Of a DNA stretch of 64,000 nucleotides, positions 53,653 to 62,746 are shown one piece after another. The stretch's first letter is position 1. Every line of letters starts with the position of its first letter. The notes under the pieces are model-generated. The model searched no databases and had not been told where the DNA came from. It saw only the letters and a program-made list of their open reading frames with translations. Origin of the DNA: a bacterium (GTDB lineage: Bacteria > Hinthialibacterota > Hinthialibacteria > Hinthialibacterales > Hinthialibacteraceae); the NCBI GenBank assembly GCA_963662285.2, contig CAXXMV010000002.1, forward strand, positions 768,001-832,000, read 5' to 3'. The translations under genes were made by a program, and so were the position numbers.

Positions 53653-54648
53653 ATGATAAAACAAAAATGGATCAAATCACTATTCTCAGCAGCAATCCTT
53701 TCGGTTCTACTAATAGCGCCCAACTCATTCAGCGCAGACCAACAATCTGACAGTTCACCTATGGAAGTGATCGTCTGTAATCCATTGCTTCAGCAACTTG
53801 GCATGAACAGCACTTGGGAAGCCGCCAAGGCGGTTGGCGTCAAGGCTATGGAAATTTCTGTCAAATCTGAGGATCTAAGCTGCGCCTCTTTTTTTGTCGG
53901 ACAAGAAAAGCCTTACCGCCTGGATACTATTGAAAACGCTAAGAAACTCAGAAAAGACGCCCAAGCCAACGGTATCAGAATTCCCGTTCTTTGCTCGCGA
54001 ATTCAGTTAGACGCCCAAACAACAACTGCGCCGGAACTATCCAAAAAGTTAATCGAAATAGCGCCGCATGTAGGCGCTGGTTTAATCTATTTCCCCATCG
54101 TTACTGACAGCTACACCAAGACCACTATCAATGATGATCTATTCGTAAAAAACTCAATTGCAATCCTCAAAGATTTGGTGAAACACGGTGAGAAATACAA
54201 TGTCGACATCACCATAGAAAATCTAAGCGTCTATTGGAACCGCCCCGAAGTGACCCGCCGCGTCCTCAAAGCATTCACTCCTGAGCAGTTCAATCTATGT
54301 CTCGACCCGACAAACATGTATTGGTACGGTCACCCTCGCTCTAAGATATACGATATCGTAAATGAATTCATACCGCGCACCAAACACTTCCACGCCAAAA
54401 ACGTGGCTCATCCATCAGACAAAATAGATGCGGTTCGCCCGGTTGGTTGGGAATACGGTAAAAACTCCGTGCCAGTCGCTGATGGAGATATCGATTTCAA
54501 AACAATCATCCACCAACTGCATAAATCAGGTTATCGCGGCTTTATCAGCATCGAAGACGATTCACTAGGTCATTACCCCAAAGCTAAAAAAGTTGATATC
54601 CTCCGCCAGGATGTCAAATACCTAAACGGAATTATCAATCAGTTATAA
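53653..54648 (+). CDS. Exported sugar phosphate isomerase/epimerase (xylose-isomerase-like TIM barrel)
   Basis: Signal peptide; TIEN, LCLDPTN, HFHAKN, GDIDF, GYRGFISIE. Confidence 0.85.
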   Translation: MIKQKWIKSLFSAAILSVLLIAPNSFSADQQSDSSPMEVIVCNPLLQQLGMNSTWEAAKAVGVKAMEISVKSEDLSCASFFVGQEKPYRLDTIENAKKLRKDAQANGIRIPVLCSRIQLDAQTTTAPELSKKLIEIAPHVGAGLIYFPIVTDSYTKTTINDDLFVKNSIAILKDLVKHGEKYNVDITIENLSVYWNRPEVTRRVLKAFTPEQFNLCLDPTNMYWYGHPRSKIYDIVNEFIPRTKHFHAKNVAHPSDKIDAVRPVGWEYGKNSVPVADGDIDFKTIIHQLHKSGYRGFISIEDDSLGHYPKAKKVDILRQDVKYLNGIINQL

Positions 54649-54704
54649 TGTCGTATAACCAATGTAATTGTGAATAAATAATGAAATCATGAATCACCAA
54701 GTCT

Positions 54705-54846
54705 CCTCTCCCTCCGGGAGAGGGCAGGATGAGGGGGAAAAGAAATCACCAAATGTAGGGTGGGCTAAAAGCGCCAGCGTAGCCCACCAAAATTCCCAAA
54801 GCGCCTTGGCGCCAAGGGCAAGACCGCATTGCGGTCAGCCCTTGAT
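54705..54846. repeat. REP mosaic (palindrome + GTAG REP + CAAGGGC...GCCCTTG hairpin)
   Basis: CTCTCCCTCCGGGAGAGGG; GTAGGGTGGGCTA...TAGCCCACC; CCAAGGGCAAGACCGCATTGCGGTCAGCCCTTG. Confidence 0.8.
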
Positions 54847-54992
54847 GCGATCACCTACGTATTGCAAAATCACTCCCGGAATATCAGCCCGCTGGATTGA
54901 ATCACCAACCACAAAAATTCCACAGTAACCAAACCCACTTCCTATCCGTTACAAGAACAATAAATCTCAATCCCGTAACCGGAGGAATTAAT

Positions 54993-55694
54993 ATGAATCC
55001 AAAGTGGAAAAAACGCGCCTATGATTTTTGGACGGAATGGGCCAAGCCGGTTTTGATAGTGCTGATAGTGGTTGTTTCTTTCCGTTCCGCTCTGGCCGAT
55101 TGGAACGACGTTCCCACTGGTTCGATGCTTCCCACCATCCTGGAAGGCGACCGGATTTTCGTCAATAAAATGGCCTATGGGTTGCGGATTCCCTTAACCT
55201 CAATGCGCGTATGGCAATGGGATGGTCCACAGCGTGGAGATATCGTGGTCTGCTTTTCTCCCCATGACGGGACGCGGCTGGTCAAGCGGGTGGTCGGCAT
55301 CCCTGGAGATACAATCGAATACCGCAATCAGCATCTCTTCATAAATGGCGAATCAATGAATTATGCAGAGCCTGAACCTGACGCAGTTCCCAAGCATCAT
55401 CTAGGACAGCGCGCCCAAAATAATTTCTCTTCAGAAGAATTAGGCCAACACAATCACCTGATCATGACTTACCCCGAGCCGCGATCAGGCAGGTCATTTG
55501 GTCCGACCTCAATATTAAAAAAGGATCAATATTTCATGATGGGCGACAACCGCGATAACAGTTTTGATTCGCGCTATTTCGGATATGTCGAACGCAGCCG
55601 CATTATCGGCAAAGCAACCGGAATTGTTATGTCGCTTGATCCCGAAATATATTATGCACCCCGCTGGGATCGTTTCTTCAATAAACTGAATTAA
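54993..55694 (+). CDS. lepB: Signal peptidase I
   Basis: VPTGSMLPTI.EGDRIFVNK, LVKRVVGIPGD, MGDNRDNSFDSRYFG; GGAGG RBS. Confidence 0.93.
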   Translation: MNPKWKKRAYDFWTEWAKPVLIVLIVVVSFRSALADWNDVPTGSMLPTILEGDRIFVNKMAYGLRIPLTSMRVWQWDGPQRGDIVVCFSPHDGTRLVKRVVGIPGDTIEYRNQHLFINGESMNYAEPEPDAVPKHHLGQRAQNNFSSEELGQHNHLIMTYPEPRSGRSFGPTSILKKDQYFMMGDNRDNSFDSRYFGYVERSRIIGKATGIVMSLDPEIYYAPRWDRFFNKLN

Positions 55695-55718
55695 TATTTT
55701 ACAAAGGTTTTTGCAACG

Positions 55719-55896
55719 GTAGGGGCGTCTTTCATGGGCGCCCGGTTCTCCCGTCGGCCCGGTCGGGCGCGGGTGCCAAGGGCAAGAGCGCATTGCGCTC
55801 AGCCCTTGATCGAACCACCAACGATAGGGTGAAGTTCCTTTACTTAATGTCATCGCCTTTTATGGGGGCGCCCGGTTCTCCCGTCGGCCCGGTCGG
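55719..55896. repeat. REP mosaic with about 31-bp direct repeats flanking the hairpin + IS4-like-end module
   Basis: GGGCGCCCGGTTCTCCCGTCGGCCCGGTCGG occurs at about 55736 and 55866, enclosing GGGTGCCAAGGGC...GCCCTTG...CCTTTACTTAATGTCATCG. Confidence 0.82.
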
Positions 55897-55938
55897 ATGG
55901 CAAGGGCAGTGTATTTTCTGCCCTTGTTTGAATCACTT

Positions 55939-56568
55939 CTACAGTTGTTTGATAATCTTTTCCAACTCATCCTGGCTGACAGGCTGGAACATTACCACTT
56001 CTCCGGTCTGCTCGCGAATCTTACGGCTGAAGAGAAAGCGGATGCCATCCATTTCACTTGTTTCAAATTCCGCCTTGCCTGTTTCAAACTCATATACATA
56101 AGAAATCATATCCATTGGTCGGCAAAATGTTTCATCATCGGTCGTTTTAATGTTTAATCGTAATTTTCCTCCAATTTCAGTAGAGGTTTTCCGGCTATCA
56201 GTTTCTTGCTTCATGCCCTCGCCGTTTACTTTTATAAAAGAACTGACCACGGTTCGCTTCAATGTTATTGATACTACATCAATATCAAAAATTAGTTGAT
56301 TCAAGGAAAAAGATGAATCGTCAACGTGGTTGCGGGCTTCTTCCTTTAAATAATTGGTCAGCATGATTTGAATCGAAGGAACCAGAACTTGCTGTGCAAA
56401 TATGGCTTCGATCTCCTCCATCGGGATGCTGAATGTAGTGGATACAATTTCACCAATAGTCCGCTGCGGATGCTCTTTCTGTATCGAAAGTACTTCATCA
56501 AGTTGATCACGCGTAATCAATCCGTGATCAACCAGAACTTCACCAAATGGTTTTGGCCCGTTGTTCAT
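55939..56568 (-). CDS. Hypothetical protein with N-terminal MshEN-like domain
   Basis: KPFGEVLVDHGLITRDQLDEVLSIQ...RTIGEIV resembles RLGxxLxxxGLIxxxxLxxxLxxQ; GGAGGAG RBS. Confidence 0.65.
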   Translation of the reverse strand: MNNGPKPFGEVLVDHGLITRDQLDEVLSIQKEHPQRTIGEIVSTTFSIPMEEIEAIFAQQVLVPSIQIMLTNYLKEEARNHVDDSSFSLNQLIFDIDVVSITLKRTVVSSFIKVNGEGMKQETDSRKTSTEIGGKLRLNIKTTDDETFCRPMDMISYVYEFETGKAEFETSEMDGIRFLFSRKIREQTGEVVMFQPVSQDELEKIIKQL

Positions 56569-56732
56569 AAAACTCCTCCACATAGTAACGCTATTTCTGC
56601 AAATTTACTTAAATACATAATCTATCCACTTATTCACGGAATAACTCTAAAAATTGTTTATTCATTCCTGTATGGTATGTAATTGAATATTGTTTTAGGT
56701 GTACATTCTAACAACTTTCAGAGGAAAATCAC

Positions 56733-57926
56733 ATGCAACCGAATTCTTGTAAGTATTTTATTTTGATCTGCATCACTTTTAGTATCTGTTTTTCATTATC
56801 TTGCGCTTCCAACTCCATCTGTAATTATTCTTCTCAAGACCAGATATCCATTAATAACCAGCGATTATTCCATCAACAGGCCATCTTTGTTTCCGGCCAG
56901 AATGGATATCACACCTACCGTATCCCGGCTTTAACCGTAACGCAACAAGGCGCAATCCTGGCCTTTTGCGAGGGACGCCAAGGCGGCGGCGATTCAGGTA
57001 ATATCGACATGGTTATGCGGCGCAGCACTGATTGCGGCCAGACCTGGGAACCCATGCAGATTTTATGGGATGACGACGGCAATACCTGCGGCAATCCCGC
57101 TCCCGTGGTTGATCGCGACACAGGAACCATCTGGCTGTTAATGACCCATAACAACGGAAAAATCAGCGAACGTGATATCAATCACGGCAAGGGAACCCGC
57201 GACGTCTGGGTAATGCATAGCAAAAATGACGGCCAGGATTGGTCAGAACCAAAGAAAATCAGTCTCCAAACCAAAAATGCCGATTGGCGCTGGTACGCCA
57301 CAGGCCCATGTCATGGCATTCAAATGCAGAATGGTCGAATGATAATCCCCTGCGATCACTCCACCGGACCCGAATTCGACCAATGGAATTCGCACATTAT
57401 ATATAGCGATGATCATGGCCAGACATGGCGCATCGGCGGAATCGAACCGGGCGCCTTCACCAACGAATGCACCATAGTTGAACTGACCGACAACTCTCTA
57501 TATCTCAATATGCGCAGCTACCGGGGAGATCATCGCCGCCAAATTTCAACCAGTAATGACAATGGATTAACCTGGACCAAAGCTCAGGCGGATCAAGCCC
57601 TGATCGAACCGAGATGCCAGGGAGCGGCCATCCGTTATACTTCCAAGCCGGAATATAGCCGGAACCGCATCCTCTTCTCCAATCCAGCCAGCGAAAAACG
57701 CGAAAAAATGACCATCCGCATCAGTTACGACGAAGCCAAAACCTGGCAGACCTCCAAAAGGATTTACGAAGGACCATCAGCCTATTCCGATCTGGCTATC
57801 CTACCGGATGGAACTGTCGCATGTTTCTATGAACGCGGTGAAAAGCACCCCTATGAAACAATAACCTTTGCGCGAATGACTCTAGCATGGCTCACCGACG
57901 GTCAGGATGCTCTAAAATCCCGATAA
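56733..57926 (+). CDS. Exo-alpha-sialidase (GH33)
   Basis: YRIP motif, five Asp boxes (STDCGQTW, SKNDGQDW, SDDHGQTW, SNDNGLTW, SYDEAKTW), SAYS; signal peptide. Confidence 0.92.
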   Translation: MQPNSCKYFILICITFSICFSLSCASNSICNYSSQDQISINNQRLFHQQAIFVSGQNGYHTYRIPALTVTQQGAILAFCEGRQGGGDSGNIDMVMRRSTDCGQTWEPMQILWDDDGNTCGNPAPVVDRDTGTIWLLMTHNNGKISERDINHGKGTRDVWVMHSKNDGQDWSEPKKISLQTKNADWRWYATGPCHGIQMQNGRMIIPCDHSTGPEFDQWNSHIIYSDDHGQTWRIGGIEPGAFTNECTIVELTDNSLYLNMRSYRGDHRRQISTSNDNGLTWTKAQADQALIEPRCQGAAIRYTSKPEYSRNRILFSNPASEKREKMTIRISYDEAKTWQTSKRIYEGPSAYSDLAILPDGTVACFYERGEKHPYETITFARMTLAWLTDGQDALKSR

Positions 57927-58069
57927 TCTATCTAAATACTTCAGATTCAGACAAAAAGGCGCCTCTTCCTTAGTAAGAAAAAGAGCCTTTTTTCTTCAGA
58001 TAACTATTGCATTGTTATGCTTTGTGTTATAATCCGTTGTATTATGTAATAACCTTTGGAGGTTTATTC

Positions 58070-58543
58070 ATGATTCTATCCCGTGCGAAATTCTTAAGGA
58101 CTTCAGCGGCGGCTATCCTGGCGGCTGTCATCTCACCTATCCCCATCCCCGCGATGCCTCGCTTTGGATTTGGAAGGATTATCGAAGTGAAAGATTTAAC
58201 CCTTGAAACATTTGCTCCTCATGTGAATACCATTTTTCGTATCACCCGGCAGGATGCCAGTGCGTGTGATCTGGAATTGGTGGAAGCAGTGGACCTGTCT
58301 AAACCACATGACTATAGTTCCGGCGCTCCATGTATGGAAATATTTTCTCTATTGTTTCGCTGCCCCGCAGGTGATTATATTCCTCAGGATTCTTATGAAT
58401 TTTCTCATCCAGAGTCAGGACGCTTCACCATATTTATTACGCCCGTTGTTGGTGAAGATACCAAATATCACCATTACCAGGCCTTGTTTAATCGCCTGGT
58501 TTCTGTTCCTGATGACCATTCTACTAATAAGGAGAATCTCTAA
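58070..58543 (+). CDS. DUF6916-like protein with Tat-like leader
   Basis: LTLETFAPHVNTIF...LELVEA...FSLLFR.P...PQDSY.FSHP..G...IFITPV...YQALFN; leader MILSRAKFLRTSAAA. Confidence 0.72.
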   Translation: MILSRAKFLRTSAAAILAAVISPIPIPAMPRFGFGRIIEVKDLTLETFAPHVNTIFRITRQDASACDLELVEAVDLSKPHDYSSGAPCMEIFSLLFRCPAGDYIPQDSYEFSHPESGRFTIFITPVVGEDTKYHHYQALFNRLVSVPDDHSTNKENL

Positions 58544-59052
58544 TGCCTTTTATTGGACAAATTATGCCTTGGGCGCCCAACTTCGCACCTCAAGATTGGG
58601 CTTTTTGTAATGGGCGAGAAATACAAGTTTCTCAAAATACAGCACTTTTTGCTTTAATAGGAAACAAATATGGCGGCAATGGCACATCAACCTTCGCTGT
58701 GCCTGATCTTCGAGGCCGGGTCATCATGGGCGCCGGCAACGGGCCTGGATTGACGCCGCGTCTTTTGGGAGACAAGGGAGGAGTGGAGACCGTTGTTTTA
58801 ACCGAGGATCAATTGCCTCCTCACACGCATACATTTCAGGTTCCCGCCACCTCAGACCGGGCGACTACGGATAATCCGGTTGGCAACGTTCCTGCTAAGG
58901 GGGATATGGATTTATATGCATCTACCGGAACTTCATCACAAAATATGATCTCATCCGCAACCGGGGCTAACAGCCCTGTTTCTATTATGCAACCGTACTG
59001 TGTTATGAACTATATTATTTGTCTGAATGGTTCATTCCCAACACGAAGTTAG
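58543..59052 (+). CDS. Phage tail collar domain protein (MdpB-like), copy 1
   Basis: PFIGQIMPWAPNFAPQDWAFCNG...NTALFALIG..YGGNG..TFAVPDLRGR, LPPHTH, QPY..NYIIC..G.FP.R. Confidence 0.9.
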   Translation: MPFIGQIMPWAPNFAPQDWAFCNGREIQVSQNTALFALIGNKYGGNGTSTFAVPDLRGRVIMGAGNGPGLTPRLLGDKGGVETVVLTEDQLPPHTHTFQVPATSDRATTDNPVGNVPAKGDMDLYASTGTSSQNMISSATGANSPVSIMQPYCVMNYIICLNGSFPTRS

Positions 59053-59078
59053 AAACATACACCCAGGGAGGCTTTTTC

Positions 59079-59588
59079 ATGTCTGAGTTTTTATTAGGAA
59101 CTATCATGCCTTGGCCAGTGGATTTCGCTCCGGCAGGATGGGCTTTTTGCGATGGGAGATTGCAGTCGATCTCTCAAAACCAGGCTTTGTACTCACTTAT
59201 TGGAAATATGTATGGCGGCAATGGCATCGTGACTTTCGCTCTACCCGATTTACGGGGACGGGTAATCACGTGCGACAATTCTCTTAGATACATAGGATAT
59301 CTAGGAGGATATGAAATGGCGTATCTGAATCTCCAAAATTTACCTTCTCATTCCCATTCTGCTCAATCTTACACCCCCGACCAAGCGGAAACCAATGATC
59401 CAACAATCGGATCCATAGTCTTTGCCAAATCCGCCCGAAATGCTTATGCAACCTCCGGTCAGCAGGTAATGCAAGCGGGAACTTCGGCGCCTACTGGTCA
59501 GGGACAACCCGTCTCGGTGGTACAACCTTTTATTGCCTTAAACTACATCATTTGTACTCAGGGAGTTTTTCCATCCCGGTTGTATTAA
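59079..59588 (+). CDS. Phage tail collar domain protein (MdpB-like), copy 2
   Basis: FAPAGWAFCDG...NQALYSLIG..YGGNG..TFALPDLRGR, LPSHSH, QPFIALNYIICTQGVFPSR. Confidence 0.9.
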   Translation: MSEFLLGTIMPWPVDFAPAGWAFCDGRLQSISQNQALYSLIGNMYGGNGIVTFALPDLRGRVITCDNSLRYIGYLGGYEMAYLNLQNLPSHSHSAQSYTPDQAETNDPTIGSIVFAKSARNAYATSGQQVMQAGTSAPTGQGQPVSVVQPFIALNYIICTQGVFPSRLY

Positions 59589-59625
59589 TCCATTAACATG
59601 TTTTTGCTAATTAGGAGTCAATAGA

Positions 59626-62529
59626 ATGAAACGAACCAGACCATCATTATGGTATTCTTTTATCTTGGTTTTAGCAATATTGTTCTTAAATCCCTTGGAT
59701 GGCTTGGCTCAATTGACATCGGATGGAGACAATTTGACGGTTCAATCCGCCGCTTCGACTATTGCCGGGGAACCACGTGCGGCTATCTCGGACAATAGCA
59801 TAACCGCTCTTGTCTGGGAGCAGGGCGAGACAAACGAGGATGTGTATCTCCGTTTGTATAATGCATCTGCGGCGCCGCTTACAGAATCAATACAAGTGAA
59901 CACAATGACGGCTTCCAATCAATGCGAACCGGATATCGCCGTTAAAGGTAATCTGGCTATTTTCGCTGTAGTATGGGAAAGCATGAATCAAGCAAGCGCT
60001 GCTTCCGGTCTGGATATTGTCTTACGTCTATACGATTCCACTGGTGCGGCTCTCTCCGGGGAAATTGTGGTCAATCAGGTCACTGCAGGTCATCAAAAAA
60101 ATCCCCGTGTGGCAATCAACCAAAAGACTGGCGAGATACTTGTTATTTGGCAATCCGCCGTGAATGGAATTTATGGCATCTACTCTCACCGCTTCTCATT
60201 ACAAGGCGTCAGCCTGGGAGCGGATGAGACAATTATACAAATTGACGAAGACTGCGCCCAACCAGAACTGGCATTCAGCCCTGGTGGAAAGAGCATCATT
60301 ACCTGGGAACAAGGCGCCCGGAATAAACGCACGGTTGCTTTCAAGCGCTATAATGCAGATGGAAGCGCTTTAGACGCCAAACCGCAAACATCAAGTATTC
60401 CATGCCTACCCTATGGTCATGACGTAGAGATGCTCGGCTCCGATCAGATTGTTTTCGCCATGGCCATTGATGGGGAAATTCATTGCAGTTTGATTGACGA
60501 TACGGGCAAGGAACTTTTGAATACCGCCGTCTCTGGCGCCAATGGAAATAGTCCAAAACTGACGGCATTGGGAACGGATGATTTTGTCTTGTCATGGACT
60601 GGCGCCGATAATCTTATTAAATCTACTGCCTATTCAATGGAGTCCACCTCCTTTTCCGACGCTATTACGGTAAGCGCAATTTCTCAATTCGATGGGCTAA
60701 GCGCTATCGCTTCCAATCGCTTCAGGGGAAATATTGGCGTGGCGTGGGAAGCTAGCAATACTGGTGAACCGTTTGGCGCAATCAACGCTCAATTTTATAT
60801 GGGCGATGTTCCTCCTCTTTCTTTTCCGACCAATGTGCTGGAGATTGCGCCCCAGACCGGAGACTTAGCGCATTATGGAAACCAAATGATAAAAGGAATC
60901 ACTCAGGCTTACTCTGATTTGGAGTTCGCAACAAAATTGATTCCGCTTATCGTCAACGATAACATTAGTAATGTTTCTAAGAGCATTGAGTTAGCGCAAG
61001 ACGCCATTGCTGATCCTTCTAATTTGGCGATCCTGGGCGCTGCGGCTTCCAAGAATACATTGGCCATAGCCCAAGAAAATGCAAAAGCTGCTGATCCGCT
61101 GGTGCAATACACATTTTCTTCATCCCAGCAGTTGGATGCCATGTCCCATCTGGTAAAAGTAGCGCCCCTGGATGATTATCAAGTGGATGCAATGGCTTCT
61201 ATCTTGGCCTATAACGGATTGTCCAAGATTTTTCTGATCGTTGAAGATTCCGCCTATGGTATTGGATTTGAACGCCTTAAAAATAAGGAAGGAATCCAGG
61301 TTATTGATGATATCGTCTTCCAGAGCGGCGCCCTTGATACATCACAGATCATAACCAGGATTTCCTCAGCTATTGCAGCAGGAGCGCAGGTCGGCGTCAT
61401 GGCAGGTTATGAATCAGATGCCTCAACTTTATTACAGGCGCTGGCGGCTGAAACCGATACCGGTACTCGTAATTTTAGTTGGATATTCTCGGATGGTATG
61501 ACTACCGATGCCGTGTTGCAAGGTTTACCCTTCGATAAAACACTGTTCTATCACCCGGTTCTAATGGGATTAACGCCAAGTATCACAGATCAATTGCAGA
61601 CCTCCATTAAATTCAAAGCAGATTATCAAGCCGCCAATAATGGTGAGGTTCCAGAGTGGCCCGCCTATTATGCGTATGATACTGTTGCAGCCTTCAACGC
61701 CATGCTGAACGCCTCATCCAGCCAGACCCGCTCCGCATTATGGGAAACTGTTTCCGGACTGCATTTTGAAGGAGTAACTGGCGCCAAATGGTTGGACAGC
61801 AAAGGCTCTCTGCAAAGCGCGATTTATGATGTGAATTATGTAATCTTGGGCAAGTTCAAAATCATCGGTGAAGAACGGGTGAAGCAACCAAATTCATCCA
61901 GTAACGGTGCGGCCAAGGCGGCGGTGCGTCTTACTCCATCAGCGGTAGATGATTCTCTGGTTTACGACAATTATACCTACCGACTATCTGGCGATGATCC
62001 CCTGATCAGCCACGCAGCCGGCGGCCCTGATGGAAACGGCAATTGGATAGCGCAATCCAGGGAACTGGATATGGGCTGGGTGCTAATGGCCTATTACGAA
62101 GACGCCCAACGCAAATTGACATCCGATGGAAAAGCGTTTGGATTCAAGGATGGCAACCAATATACTCTTCAGTTTGAACTCAGCCGGGAAAATCTTTCTT
62201 CTCCCCAACCGGGTGGATCGATTTTAGAGATTGAAATAACTGCACATGCTGAACTAAGCGATGAACAAGGAAACGCTGGATACATTACCCATGTCTTAGA
62301 GGACAAAGTAATTTCATTCACCGATTGGGCGACTCCCGGTCAGTTAGTCGTACAGGTTCCATTTGAGTATCACAGCCAGACTCCTGATTGGTTTCCACCG
62401 GAATACGCCAAAGATCTTTTGAACTGGGAAATACTCCTGCTCAACTCAGCGCATCAAAAGCTGGTATTATCATCCGTCACCATCATCGCAAAAGAAAGCA
62501 CGGGCATCAACGCTTTTATGCTGTATTAA
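59626..62529 (+). CDS. Large secreted protein: propeller-like repeats + type I periplasmic-binding (LIV-like) domain + beta domain + C-terminal F-x-L-Y tail
   Basis: Signal peptide; repeats QVNT...Q.EP.IA...AVVW.S; APQTGDLAHYGNQM..GI, ILGAAAS, DSAYGIG, AYYAYD, FEGVTG (PBP1); ends ESTGINAFMLY. Confidence 0.75.
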   Translation: MKRTRPSLWYSFILVLAILFLNPLDGLAQLTSDGDNLTVQSAASTIAGEPRAAISDNSITALVWEQGETNEDVYLRLYNASAAPLTESIQVNTMTASNQCEPDIAVKGNLAIFAVVWESMNQASAASGLDIVLRLYDSTGAALSGEIVVNQVTAGHQKNPRVAINQKTGEILVIWQSAVNGIYGIYSHRFSLQGVSLGADETIIQIDEDCAQPELAFSPGGKSIITWEQGARNKRTVAFKRYNADGSALDAKPQTSSIPCLPYGHDVEMLGSDQIVFAMAIDGEIHCSLIDDTGKELLNTAVSGANGNSPKLTALGTDDFVLSWTGADNLIKSTAYSMESTSFSDAITVSAISQFDGLSAIASNRFRGNIGVAWEASNTGEPFGAINAQFYMGDVPPLSFPTNVLEIAPQTGDLAHYGNQMIKGITQAYSDLEFATKLIPLIVNDNISNVSKSIELAQDAIADPSNLAILGAAASKNTLAIAQENAKAADPLVQYTFSSSQQLDAMSHLVKVAPLDDYQVDAMASILAYNGLSKIFLIVEDSAYGIGFERLKNKEGIQVIDDIVFQSGALDTSQIITRISSAIAAGAQVGVMAGYESDASTLLQALAAETDTGTRNFSWIFSDGMTTDAVLQGLPFDKTLFYHPVLMGLTPSITDQLQTSIKFKADYQAANNGEVPEWPAYYAYDTVAAFNAMLNASSSQTRSALWETVSGLHFEGVTGAKWLDSKGSLQSAIYDVNYVILGKFKIIGEERVKQPNSSSNGAAKAAVRLTPSAVDDSLVYDNYTYRLSGDDPLISHAAGGPDGNGNWIAQSRELDMGWVLMAYYEDAQRKLTSDGKAFGFKDGNQYTLQFELSRENLSSPQPGGSILEIEITAHAELSDEQGNAGYITHVLEDKVISFTDWATPGQLVVQVPFEYHSQTPDWFPPEYAKDLLNWEILLLNSAHQKLVLSSVTIIAKESTGINAFMLY

Positions 62530-62659
62530 TCATGGTTCAACACGGACTTTAGTACTTTTAAATTTGTTTCTTGTCTGAATAAGGATATTTAGGAAGAGCA
62601 AGATATCTATGATACGAGAATGCTATGTCCTGTAAATCCTGATTCAGATGTTTTTTAGT

Positions 62660-62718
62660 CCGGAGTTCAGGCGTGATTTTGGTTACAAAATAACACCAAA
62701 ATCACGCCTGAACTCCGG
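62660..62718. repeat. Perfect 23-bp inverted repeat between convergent genes
   Basis: CCGGAGTTCAGGCGTGATTTTGG-13 nt-CCAAAATCACGCCTGAACTCCGG. Confidence 0.85.
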
Positions 62719-62746
62719 GTTGATAATTGGTTATATTATATTGTTT

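Noticed and set aside
54689-56157. Small ORFs 54689..54928, 55515..55853, 55793..56101 and 55897..56157 (also 51964..52227)
   Set aside because: They are translations of GC-rich REP mosaics or antisense overlaps of real genes.
58543-59588. Prophage, tailocin or contractile injection system
   Set aside because: No sheath, tube, baseplate, capsid, terminase or lysis genes nearby; neighbours are a sialidase and nadA.
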